The position numbers and the translations under genes were made by a program. From NCBI GenBank assembly GCA_964016885.1, contig OZ024742.1, positions 90,272,001 to 90,336,000 on the forward strand: 64,000 nucleotides of DNA, in the 5' to 3' direction. Positions 40,701 through 55,900 of this stretch are shown in pieces. Positions within the stretch are counted from its first letter, which is position 1; each line of letters starts with the position of its first letter. The notes under the pieces were generated by a model. It was not told where the DNA came from. It made no database searches and saw only the letters and a program-made list of their open reading frames with translations. This stretch comes from Eledone cirrhosa. Lineage: Eukaryota.

Positions 40701-41670
40701 TAAAGTCACCAAGCACGATGACTTTGTCTGCCTGAGGGATATTTCTTAAAACACATTTCAAGGCATGGTAAAAGGACACTTTTTCTTCATCGACAGAATT
40801 CATAGTTGGAGCGTACACACTCACCAGGGTAGCATATCTTCCTTTGTCCAGCGGAACTCTCATGGACATAAAGACGCTCACTAATCCCTACTGGGAATTC
40901 TTCTAATTTATTCACAAGTACAGTCTTAACAGCAAATCCTACCCCAGCCTCTCTTCTGGTTCCTTCATCTCTTCCTTTCCAGAAGAATGTATATTCTCCA
41001 CAAAATTCTGTAAGATGACCATCCCCAGCTAACCTCGGCTCAGATAAAGCCGCGATGTCAAGATCGTAACGTCGAAGCTACTTTGCAACAAGAGCAGTCC
41101 TTCGTTAAGGACGCTCCAAGGAATCCCTGTCAAGCAGCGTCCGTACGTTCCAGCAGCCAAGACTAAATGCCTTGTTTGGCTCTATTACAATGGCATGATG
41201 ACGAGCGGGCCCAGGATGTGATAACCTGGAGCCCCTGCCCTTATTGCCAATTATCTCTTTTATATTGTTCTGGAACATCATTGAATTGGAAAAAAAAAAA
41301 ATGTAATAATAATAGTAATAATAATAATAATAATAATAGTACACTATTAATAGTTATTAATGCACTCGTGCAATGCCTGTGCGTGACGAATATTTTTAAA
41401 GTGAGGAAAGACTGTGCACTGAGCCAATCCCACTCTCTGAGCGACAGTAGCTATAACCCGAAAAGAAGAAAAGAACAACATCATCGGTAACTACTGAGCC
41501 GCAGGTTTTATGTCGGAGTTAACCCAGTTTCCTGAGATGCCTTCTCCTAGACGAATGCCCTGACAAGGGCATTCTCCTAGAAGAATGCTCTGACAAGGGC
41601 TAGTGGTTCTTCACTGCCAGTGGTTTAACTGCGCGATCGGGCATCCAGCCCGATTATTTCTGTCCCCGCA
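37760..41670 (-). mobile_element. Near full-length RTE-clade LINE (APE endonuclease + RT + C-terminal C2H2 fingers), few disablements
   Basis: WNVRTLLD, VYAPT, LGDFNARVG, WHLLDYVLVR, WTDHRLV (APE); NYRGISLL, FVDLTKAFDTV, GVKQGD, LLYADD (RT); premature stops at ~41105 and 39658, frameshifts near 40885 and 39050. Confidence 0.95.
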
Positions 41671-41859
41671 CAAAAAAATAGAAAAAAATAAAAATCACTT
41701 ATTGACACTTATACGTACGACATACACACACGCGCATACATATGCGCGCACACACACGCATACATACGCGCGCACACAGCAACACTCATACATACAAACA
41801 AACACACACACGCTACTCACTTACACACACACACACATATATATATACATACATACATA

Positions 41860-42372
41860 CATGGTGGCTGCCAACTCGTTTTCGAGTACGGCCACTACTT
41901 TATATCCATGTAGGAGAACCCCTACTGATGCGCTGAACGAGTGTGGCTTTTTAGTCCAGCCAGCGACTTGAAAACTGGTACAAACACTACACTTGTGACA
42001 ATTATTGACAGTGCTGGGCCCATGGTATCATGTGCCTACAAGTGCAGAGAAATCTCCAGATATAAAGCAATGCCTGTGCCGTGAAGCTTTTATAGTGAGC
42101 AAAGGCACTGCACAAAGCCAGTCCCACTCTCTTAACCAAGATGATATTTACCAAAAAGAAGAACAAGTCAACATCATTGGATACCATCAGGGTTGCAGGT
42201 GTTATATCAGAGTTTTCCTTCTCCTAGAATTCTGCCTTGACAAAGGCTAAGGGGTCATCTCTCCCGGTGATTTTGGAAGACCATTGACTCTTAAGAGCTC
42301 CTTTGCCCTTTGACGGGTTTTGTTTTTAGTCCTGCAGGATGTCCAAAGTCACCCTCCTCATCAAGAAACCTT
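41860..42372 (-). mobile_element. Bipartite RTE-derived element copy
   Basis: Matches 32305-32822; (CATA)n on both sides. Confidence 0.7.
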
Positions 42373-42859
42373 GTATACATACATACATACATACATACAT
42401 ACATACATACATACATACATACATACATACATACATACTCACTTATATGGACATATATTTTATATAAATATACATTCAACCATGTTATTTTATTATTGTC
42501 TATTTTGAGACTGACCAAATACCAAAATGTATGATCACCTTGCTAGCCTAACGCCGCCAAATATTTATGCGTGGCATTTTTGAAGTATGAGCTGATAAAC
42601 CAGGCAGTGCTTAACTGTCAACAAAACAGTTAACCAATTAGAGAATATTGAGAAGTGAACTAGAAAAAGATAGGATTAATAGCAACCACAAAGAGTAAGC
42701 ACAAGAAAGACAACTTGGTAATTCCATATGTTAGCTTATCTGTGAAGTAACAACACATAAACCCGCCAACCGATATTACGGATAAGAACTTACATCAGTA
42801 ACGTTTATGAAAGGAAAGAACTGTCTGATGAAATCGTGTCTGAATATATATATATATAT

Positions 42860-43360
42860 ATTTAAAAAAATAGAGGTGTAACACACGAGTTGTGATATAT
42901 TAGAAAAAGGAAAAGAAAATGCTGAAAAATTGTTCCCAGTGAAAAATAGTTTAATTAGGAATAAGTATAAAATAGTTTAATTAGTAATAAGTATATTCAG
43001 TTTTAGTTTTAAGTTTTTACCGGTTGCGCATTTCTAATGCTTTTCAAAAATAATTTTGAGATAGAGCTCTCGTAATGTTTGCTCTAATCTGATCAGTTTT
43101 GGAAATTCTTCCTGTTTTATGTGAAAAAAGTGGCTCCAGAGGTATTAAGATTTGGTTGGTTGCTGAATGTCACGTGAATGAGTACTATAAATATCGCCCC
43201 AATTCGTGTTGCAAAAATTCTTGTAGACAAAACAATTTTGATTGGTCGGTAGAGAACACGGGAATGTTAAAAATTGATTTTGCGCCAAATGTAGGTTTGT
43301 CGAAAAGTGTCCTTTTTCGCCTGATTGAGAAGTCACTGAAAAATAAGTTTATTAAGATAA

Positions 43361-43448
<88 letters not shown>

Positions 43449-45740
43449 AGTGTGGTTCGTAGTAGAGGAAATAAATTCGGTCAGTAGGAATGTGTGTGTA
43501 CGTGTGTGGGGATATTTTAACATGTTGAAAGATATTTTTCAGTTCTTGTCTTATACGGAGAAGTGTGTGTGTGTGTGTATGTCTGTGTGTATGTTAGAGT
43601 ACGCGTGTGTATGTGTGTGTATGTGTGTGTGTATGTGTGTGTGTGTGTGTGTGGATGGACCAGTATTTTTGTGATACTGGTAAAAATGGTGTACATTATT
43701 CGATATTTTCAGTAATTTGCAAAAAACGTTTCTTTCAAAAGAACATCAAAAACATTAATAATAAAAGGGGGGAAATAATGTATAGTATTGTCATAACACC
43801 AAGGTGTGTGTGAGTGTCCAGTTTGTGCGTACTGCAAGGGGAATCCATTAGGCCCTGCCGTATGGGAAAACTTGTGTACAAACATGTATGTGCCCATCAG
43901 TGTGCAATGCATGTGTGCGTAAATGTATGTTTGTGTGTCGGCACGTTTATATCTATAAACATCAAAAGGTATGCAAATTTGTGTATATTTGTGTTGCACC
44001 ATAGAACATGTGTGTTTACGTATGTCATTGTGTTTATATGTGGATAGAAATGTATGTAGGATGTATGCTGATGTAGGTATGTATGTTGACGTGTGTATGT
44101 TCGTCTTAGGGAGAAGTGTTTAGACGGGGTCGGTATTTGTTAATAAAGTGAGATTCCTTGCTGATGCGCTGGGTGTGGGTGGCATTATCTTTAAATTTGT
44201 AGAGGGGAAAGATTATAAAGTTGGGATGATTTTAGGCGGCACAGGTATTAATGTGTTCACTTAATGGTATTTTTCTGTATTCCCGTATTTTAATTTGGGA
44301 TCTATGGACAGTCATGCGTTGGCGGAGGCTCTTTTTGGTCTGGCCTATGTATTGTTCTCGACAACCTGAGCAAGTTAATACATACATTAGATTTTCTGAT
44401 GCGCATGTGAAATTGTGTTTTACTATAAAACGTTGTCCTTCTTTGAAATAGAATTCCGAACACTCTATTAGGTTGATGCGTATGCCACAGTTGGGTCTAT
44501 CACATTTTCTTACTGTGGGTTTCGTTGTTGTAGCTGGCAGTACTTTGGCATGTGTTAGGATGTTTTTCATTGACTTAGATTGTCTTTTGCTCTTTATGAT
44601 ATCGTGTGTTCGAAGGATTTGGTTCAATCTATGGTCCTTTGTTAACACAGGGATGTTCTGGAGGATGGTGTCAAAGGCCTCAATGTTGAGGGGTTGTGTG
44701 TGGAGATGTATGGAACAGCCAGCTTTTAGTTTCAGTCGATTTACTTTAGGGTGTCTAAGGTTCTGGGTACTGAGTTTTAGGGCACGTTGGATTCCATTGT
44801 CAATTAGTGATGCAGGGTAATCCCTACCTATGAGTATGTCCTTTAATTCTTGTAGCCGTAAGTAATAGGTGTTTTTATTGGAGACTATAGTAGAGATTCT
44901 CTTGGCTAAGTTGTAGGGAATATTAATTTTAACGAGTCTAGGGTGGCAAGAGTTGAAAGGAAGATATTGCTTAGAGTCTGTGGGCTTGTAGTATATGTCT
45001 ATTTCTATTTTTTTGTTATGAATCTTAATGAGGATGTCGAGGAAGGGCAGTTGTTGATGGCTGTATTCCATCGTAAAGTTAATATTCGTGTTGAGCCCAT
45101 TTATAAGGGTGTGAAATTCTTTAAGTTTCTCGAAGTTTTCGTGCGACAGGATGAAGCAGTTATCTAGGTATCGCTTCCAGTTCTTTTCTATGTGTAAGTA
45201 GAGAGTGTTTCCAAATTTGTTTAGTACTTTAGTGTAGAGGGTGATTTCCAACTATCCCATGACTAGGTTGGCATAAGTGGGGGCTGTTTTCGTTCCCATG
45301 GCGGTCCCAGATTCCTGCCTGTAGGATTTGTTATTGAAAACGAAGTAATTGTTATCCAAGATAAATTTGAGTCCTTCTATCACGAATTCTTTTTTGATGC
45401 GTTGTTGGAGTTCGTTGTGGTAATTATCCTGCCAGAATTGGAAAGCTTATATTCCTAGGGTGTGGGGGATGTTGGAGTGTAGGTTGTCTACATCGAACGT
45501 CACTAGTAGGGTTTGTTCAGAAAGGGGCATAATAGGGAGGTGATTGAGCATATCTAGGTCGTCCCTTATATCGCTTTTGATGTGTTTGAGAAAAGGTTTG
45601 AGAAGGGCATCAATGAAGTTTCTAAGGCGGTGGGTTTCGCAAGCGGGGCCTGCTATTATAGGTCTTAATTTGAGATCATTGGGTGAGGGGACATTGATGA
45701 GTATGTCTGTGGCTTCCTTGCATGCCTTACTTATTAATAT
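42860..45740 (-). mobile_element. Penelope-like element (Neptune-like), 5'-truncated
   Basis: 339-aa ORF: WKRYLDNCFI, LPFLDILI, YYKPTDSKQYL, CDRPNCG, FTCASENLMYVLTCSGCREQYIGQT (GIY-YIG); upstream MGTKTAPTYANLVMG. Confidence 0.92.
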
Positions 45741-45954
45741 ATGTATTAACTTGCTCAGGTTGTCGAGAAAAATACATAGGCCAGACTAAAAACAGCCGAA
45801 TATATTATCTACGTATAGAACAGTTTATACAAATTAATTAAAATGATAAATCAAGGTATACAAACCGACCATAACTATTAACACCCAGGCAAGTTCAGAA
45901 TAAAGCTATGTTGGGCAATTAAGTGAAGACATATAGATCAGGTATTGCTCGTCG

Positions 45955-46135
45955 TGGATGTCTGTGAAAAATATGCTCATCACAACTAAATAATAATTAG
46001 AAGACTAAAAACGCACGTGTGGTAAAAGAGAAAAGACACACGCGACCATCGTTCAACGCGGCGCAAATAAAGATTGTTCGACTACTAAAAATAGCACCCA
46101 GAACCATTCAACATATTACAGCTCTACTAATTAAC
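45955..46135. repeat. Short dispersed repeat (family D), also at 48650-48765 and inverted at 51255-51475
   Basis: AAGACACACGCG.CCATCG..CAA.GCGGCGCAAATA.AGAT.GTT.GACTACTAAAA shared; the other two copies abut (TA)n. Confidence 0.65.
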
Positions 46136-46164
46136 AGGAGCCGAATATATTAAATTAAAATGTT

Positions 46165-47940
46165 AAAAACTCGCATGAAGACGAACATCCCTTTTAATCT
46201 AGCAAGAAGAATTTGCACAATTGTCTCCAATTATGAAACGCGAAATAAAAGACTTCAAGAATTAAAGGAAATTCTACTCGAAAGACTACCCACCATTACT
46301 AATAAATAATGGAATAGAAAGTGCTCAAGCAATAAGCATTGATGAATTACGAAAACAAAAACAAATTCAAGGTACGTCCAATATTCTATCATATATCTCA
46401 ACACACGACCCAAGAAATGCGGAATTTACATTTTTCGCAAGAACATCCTACTATTGAAACAAGACCCAAGAATGAAAAAAGCCCTTGAAACACACAAAAT
46501 AATCAAAAGCAAAAGACAACCGAAATCAATAAAAACATTACTCACAAGATGCCAAATTACCCACCACTAACCTACAACCAACTGTCACAAAATGTGGGCA
46601 CTCTAATTGTGGAACCTGCACTCACCTCATTGAAGGCAACACGTATACATTTCAATCAGGACAAAATTTTTCTGTAAAAAATCACTTCACTTGCCCATCA
46701 AAAAATCTGCTTTATGCCATTAAATGAATGGCATAAACGAAGGATGCTATGAAGATTATATAGGACACACTAAACTCACTCTAAGAAACAGAATCATAGT
46801 TCATCGCCAACAATTACGAGATCCAAGCACGAGACAGATACCACTAAGTGCACATCTAGACATATGCGCAAGTAATAAGACACCCACATTCCAAGTCTTC
46901 CCATTTTACCTTTGCGCTGACAATACAACAGAACAAATACGAATATATAAGGGAAATATGTTTATTCAAAAATATAGACCAGCATTAAATATAGTTTAAT
47001 ATACATTATGTCAACACCATAACATACTAACCATCCAAACAGACACATACATACACACACACATAACACCTTCTACTTTAGAAAATAAAAACCAGAACTA
47101 AATAAACCTTAACATACGTTAATACTCTAACACCTTAACATGCTAACCACACGATTCACAAACACACACAAAATATATATTCTCCCACACACACACATAA
47201 CACCCATACACACACACATACCCCCCCTCACAACACACACATAATACCCATACACACCCAAACAACTCCCTCCACTATTTCTACTAATAGAATCATCTTC
47301 CCACACACACAAACACACACAAGCACACAAATAAACATACATATCTCTACTTTCTTTATTTCAATAGAAAGTCTGAATTCTGACACCCCAGCGAACCAGC
47401 CATATTTACTGAACCAGAACAATTCTCCCAATTCCATTTCTCTTGAACATTATCTTTTGTTTGTCTTAAAATTCTCTAAAAACTACAAAATAAATTCCAA
47501 AATACGGGCGTGAAATTTAATGAACTTGTTCACGTGACAGTCATAAGTTCATTTATAACCAATCAAATTACATTAATAAAAAAAAGCCTTCGTGAGCCAC
47601 CTTTTTTAAAGTAAAAAGAAATTCAAACAAACTGGCGCGAAAGCTGATGACTGCATCAACCAACCAAACTTCACTCATATATGAAAAGACAAGCTGAGCT
47701 GTCCTCGTCCTTGGTTTGAAGAACTAAGTAAGGCGAACTGGCGCGAAATTTATTATACTTAATCACCAACCAATCAAATTACTACTCTAAAAACCTGGCG
47801 TTTCAAGCCACTTTTTCCATATAAAATAAGTAACATTCAAAAACCAACCAGATGTGAGAAAAACCACAGACCCTCCATCTCAACTCTACTTTTGAAAAGC
47901 AGAGGAACTGCGAAACCGGTAAAGGAACCAAATAAATATA
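46165..47940 (+). mobile_element. Penelope-like element fragment, subfamily related to 42860-45740
   Basis: NIPFNLARRICTIVSN, CGHSNCGTC, FTCPSKNLLYAI, YIGHTKLTLRNRIIVHRQQL. Confidence 0.88.
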
Positions 47941-47993
47941 TATATATTTTTTAAAATAAGACTCCAGTTGCATTTCCGATTTCATCACTATTC

Positions 47994-48030
<37 letters not shown>

Positions 48031-48760
48031 AGTCCATAGAATCATTAGATAAAATATATACAGTATTTCTTCTCCCAATCACCATAAATCAACCACATAA
48101 AAAATCATTTAAACGAGGCTATAAGTTTAAAATGTACTTATGAAGAAACAATAGATAAATGATATAGCTTCTTATCCGCAGTTGTAGCTACAAATAATTT
48201 ACCTAGTATTTCTAATTGCCTGTAAAAATTGACTAGACATATAGGTAACCATACATAATTAGGTACAAAATCAAAGTTAGAAGAAAAAATGTACATAAAC
48301 CTTACCAAAATCATAAAAATATCTCTAACCGCGGTGGTGTCATTCCATTTTTGGATATATCCGATCTTGGATAAATCAACGAGATTTGAAAATCATCAGG
48401 AGATAACTCAATTGGACAAAGATTTTTCTTACATGATCCCCGCCAGAAACGAATTCAAAATGGCTAAGAATTATGACGTGGCTAGTGGTCAAGGCAGAAA
48501 GTTTGTGATTGATGCCTGTCGGCGAGTAGGATGGTTGCCAGAAAGCGCAGCTGAATACTGCCTAAAGTGTTACTCAACCTTACGGGAGTATATAAAATTT
48601 AAAGGGTACTTACATATAAACTAGACAAACTATATATATATAAAGAGGAATAAAAGAGGAAAGACACACGCGGCCATCGCCCAAGGCGGCGCAAATAGAG
48701 ATCGTTTGACTACTAAAAGTAGCACCAGAACTATTCAACATAATACTGCTCTACTTTAAT

Positions 48761-51251
<2,491 letters not shown>

Positions 51252-51503
51252 CTTTGTATATTGTTATTTAGTAGAGCTGTATTATGTTGAATGGTTTAGG
51301 GTGCTATTTTTAGTAGTCGAACGATCTCTATTTGCGCCGCGTTGGCCATGACCTCGTGTGTCTTTCCTCTTTTATCACACGTGCGTTTTTAGTCTTCTAA
51401 TTATTATTTAGTTGTGATGAGAATATTTTTCAGAGACATCCACCAACGAACAATACCTGATCTATATGTCTTCATAATAATTGTTTCTACTTTAGGCATC
51501 TTC

Positions 51504-51580
<77 letters not shown>

Positions 51581-51581
<1 letters not shown>

Positions 51582-51767
51582 CAAGGGATTGTGGTAAGGA
51601 ACCAGATGGACCATAACGCACCAGAGTACTCAATACTTAGGGTAGTAGAGTGGGAAATAGGAAAAAGTATGACCCCGACAGCAGAACTCAAGACGTTTCG
51701 ACAGCTATTTCTGGACTCCAGCAATAGCCGTCGAAACGGCTTGAGCTCTGCTGTCGGTGTCATACTT

Positions 51768-51772
<5 letters not shown>
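51581..51772 (-). mobile_element. Family C hairpin element (long arm -)
   Basis: Palindrome 51661-51771 centred on GCTATTTCTGG-ACT-CCAGCAATAGC; (TA)n both sides. Confidence 0.8.
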
Positions 51773-51825
<53 letters not shown>

Positions 51826-51828
<3 letters not shown>

Positions 51829-52902
51829 TTAAAACAATGAAATAAAAAATCATGTTATTATAGATATACATCACTGCTTTACGAGCGTTTCTAGATGGTC
51901 ATAATACATTGTATCTATACTTATACACAGTTATTGATCTATGTAAGTTTACAAACTATCAGATAGAGAGAATATTTACTTACATGCATATCACCAGCTG
52001 TTTTCAAAAGCAATAATAATTTTATTCAATAATAATTTTACTCAGAATTAGTATTATGTCCATATTTGGAGGTAGTTAAAGAACTAACGAATCAAATTGT
52101 TTTTTTCATATGGTGTTAAGACGAAAAGTAATACACTTTAGTTGAGGTCATGACCCTTTGAAAGAAGTGGTTGAAAGGTGTTAGTAGAGATGGCATAAAA
52201 ATCTATTAGGAAGGAAGTGGATTGTCAAACTGATAGTTGAATGTATCTTGTATAGTGAATTTAAAAGGAATGTCAAAATAATTGGTGATTAGTGTTGAAT
52301 TGAGTTTTAAGGTGAATATAAATATATTTTGACATTCCTTTTAAATTCACTATACAAGATACATTCAACTGTCAGTTTGACAATCCCCTTCCTTCCTAAT
52401 AGATTTTTATGCCATTTCTACTAACACCTTTCAACCATTCCTTTCAAAGTGTCATGAACGCAACTAAAGTGTATTACTTTTCATCTTAACACCATATGAA
52501 AAAAACAATTTGATTCGTTAGTTCTTCAACTACCTCCAAATATGGACATGATACTAATTGTGAGTAAAATTAATATTGAATAAAATTATTATGCTTTTGA
52601 AAACAGCTGGTGATATGCATGTAAGTAAATATTCTCTCTATCTGATAGTTTGTAAACTTACATAGATCAATAACTGAGTATAGATACAATGTATTATCAC
52701 CATCTAGAAACGATCGTAAAGCAGTGAAGTATATCTCTAATGAGTTCATTTTTTATTTCATTGTTTTAACTTATATCATGACTCTGTTTTCCTTTTAATG
52801 TGTTATTGTTTTCTGCGATTTATCTTAACCTACAACATTTTCAACACATGGATTACATTGAGTTCTTCATACATAATAGACCCCAGAACTTACAGTAGAT
52901 AC

Positions 52903-52908
<6 letters not shown>
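51826..52908. mobile_element. Non-coding fold-back element (family E): - arm 51826-52275, + arm 52330-52908
   Basis: Arms are reverse complements with scattered differences; each has an HHR-like fold (51875-52012 -, 52592-52723 +); (TA)n both sides. Confidence 0.8.
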
Positions 52909-52977
<69 letters not shown>

Positions 52978-52978
<1 letters not shown>

Positions 52979-55900
52979 ATATAATGAAATGACAGGAGGC
53001 TGGATTTGTGTAAATCCTTGAAAGGTTTATTATACTATGATAATTTCAATGACCGGGTTCCGTATGAATCCGGTGATATCATCAGGTATTCGAAATATAA
53101 AACGTCAATGTAATAGATGAAATCCATGGGGCTCAAAATCGAGGACCTGAGGGCGATCGCTATCCTGTACCTTCTACCTTAGCCGGTCGCCCTCGAATGA
53201 CGTGGCTAAAGCTTACAGTGTGCTACTACCGGTCAGATAAAGGAAAACAGAAAGGGATGGGAACATAAGTTAGCGTTAATCTCATGCCACAAGACAAAAG
53301 AAAGAAAGAAAGGAGGGAGAGAGAAGAAGGGGGAAGGAAGAAGAAGAGAAGCCAGGGTTAATGTCAGCTATAAGAAGAAAGACAGAAAGAAGAGGAGGAA
53401 AGGTCGGTATTACAGTTAGGCCAGAATTGTCGCGAGGAAATTGTTTTTTTATTCTACGGGACCCGTATCTAAACAACTACTAGCGGTCAGATATAGGCAA
53501 ACAAAAAGGGGGAAGGAAGATAAGTCTGTGGGAGGAAGACAGAAAGAGGGGAGAAGAGAAGGAAGAGAATGAAGAAGTAGAAAAGTAAGGGTTGGTGGCT
53601 ACAAGAAGGAAGATAGAAAGCAAGAGGAAGAAAGGTCGATATTAATGTCAGACTACAGTCAGGCCAGGAGTGGCGCGAGAAAATTTTTACAGGGACCCGT
53701 ATCTTAGCAGAGGTGAATATATTGGGGGTCAGTGTGTTATAATGTGTGATCAGAATATTGGAACGTTACGTTTTTGTTTAGACTTATAGGATGAGGTTGA
53801 AAAAATTAATAATTAATATTTAATATTAAAGAAATTAGAAAATTTAAAGTTAAGCAGTTTAACATTTTAAGGTTGATATATCTAATAGTTCTGATTTGAT
53901 CTGTAATTTAAAGGTACTATGTGGCGGTTAAAACACCGGCCGCGCTCCGGGCCCCCGGAGCGAATTAAACCACTCCGAGTAGTTTCATTTACCGAAAGAA
54001 GGGGAAATTTATTTTCCCAAGCACTCAAGGTAGGCCCATGCACCAGGGGGCTGGTCGCGCCGCCATTCAAACCCACCCAACAGTCCGACAGAAAGTTGGA
54101 ACTTTAAAATATTGTTTAAATTTATAGGATGAAGTTGAAAAGATTTATAATTAATATTTAATATTAAAGAAATTAGAAAATTTAAAGTTAAACAGTTTAA
54201 CATTTTAAGGTTGATATATCTAATAGTTCTGATTTGATCTGTAATTTATAGGTACTATGTGGCGGTTAAAACACCGGCCGCGCTCCGTGCCCCGGGGGCG
54301 AATTAAGCCACTCCGAGTAGTTTCATTTACCGAAAGAAGGGGAAATTTATATTTCCAAGCACTCCAGGTAGGCCCATGCTCCAGGGGGCTGGTTGCGCCG
54401 CCATCAAAACCCGCCCAGCAGTCCGACTGAAAGTTGGAACTCTAAAATCTTGCTTAAATTTATAGGATGAAGTTGAAAGAATTTAGAATAAGATTATAAA
54501 ATTAAAGAGTAAGAAGATTGAGTATTGAACAAACAGAAAATTGAAAATTAAACATTTAAAAAAACTTCTATGAGGTTTTGGGTTGCGGGGTTTAATTAAA
54601 GAGAGTCTTTTATGAAAAAACGCTAATTGTATTATGTAGATCTATAATTTATCCTAGTGGGATGTAGAGTACGGGATATAGTCGTGTAATATTTATTTTT
54701 GTTCTCAGGGGAGACATTCTAGTGTCGTGTGCTAATGGGTACAAGTGAGCAAAAGTCCCAATAGGAGGAGTAGAAATACATGGATACATAGAAGTGGAAT
54801 ACGTGGAAGAGCACATTGATAAAGCAAAGGTATAAATATATAAACATATCAATATATAGATATAAATATGTAAATAAAGCAATAAGAGTGGTGTTGGAGT
54901 AAGATGGAGAAATCAAGACATAGGAGAAGTACAATATAGTTCAGGTTGCAGTATTTACCACTTGACAGAGCTGGTCTATTCCGTATTGTCAATCCTAATG
55001 TAATAATATAGAGAGTACTCAACGTAAAGCAATTCAACCGTCTTTGTTTTTGTAGTTGGTGGTGCTATTACGGAGTTAAATATTATAATGAAATGACAGG
55101 AGGCTGGATTTGTGTAAATCCTTCAAAGGTTTATTATACTATGATAATTTCAATGACCGGGTTCCGTATGAATCCGGTGATATCATCAGGTATTCGAAAT
55201 ATAAAACGTCAATGTAATAGATGAAATCCATGGGGCTCAAAATCGAGGACCTGAGGGCGATCGCTATCCTGTACCTTCTACCTTAGCCGGTCGCCCTCGA
55301 ATGACGTGGCTAAAGCTTACAGTGTGCTACTACCGGTCAGATAAAGGAAAACAGAAAGGGATGGGAACATAAGTTAGCGTTAATCTCATGCCACAAGACA
55401 AAAGAAAGAAAGAAAGGAGGGAGAGAGAAGAAGGGGGAAGGAAGAAGAAGAGAAGCCAGGGTTAATGTCAGCTATAAGAAGAAAGACAGAAAGAAGAGGA
55501 GGAAAGGTCGGTATTACAGTTAGGCCAGAATTGTCGCGAGGAAATTGTTTTTTTATTCTACGGGACCCGTATCTAAACAACTACTAGCGGTCAGATATAG
55601 GCAAACAAAAAGGGGGAAGGAAGATAAGTCTGTGGGAGGAAGACAGAAAGAGGGGAGAAGAGAAGGAAGAGAATGAAGAAGTAGAAAAGTAAGGGTTGGT
55701 GGCTACAAGAAGGAAGATAGAAAGCAAGAGGAAGAAAGGTCGATATTAATGTCAGACTACAGTCAGGCCAGGAGTGGCGCGAGAAAATTTTTACAGGGAC
55801 CCGTATCTTAGCAGAGGTGAATATATTGGGGGTCAGTGTGTTATAATGTGTGATCAGAATATTGGAACGTTACGTTTTTGTTTAGACTTATAGGATGAGG

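Noticed and set aside
42826-42845. CTGATGA next to (TA)n; also 60695
   Set aside because: No matching GAAA/stem III; truncated or chance match
43060-43100. HHR-like remnant on - (CUGAUCA...GAGA-GCUC-UA)
   Set aside because: Two core changes and weak stems; at best a decayed motif
47640-47700. CTGATGA...GAAA in the PLE 3' UTR
   Set aside because: Could not form convincing stems I-III
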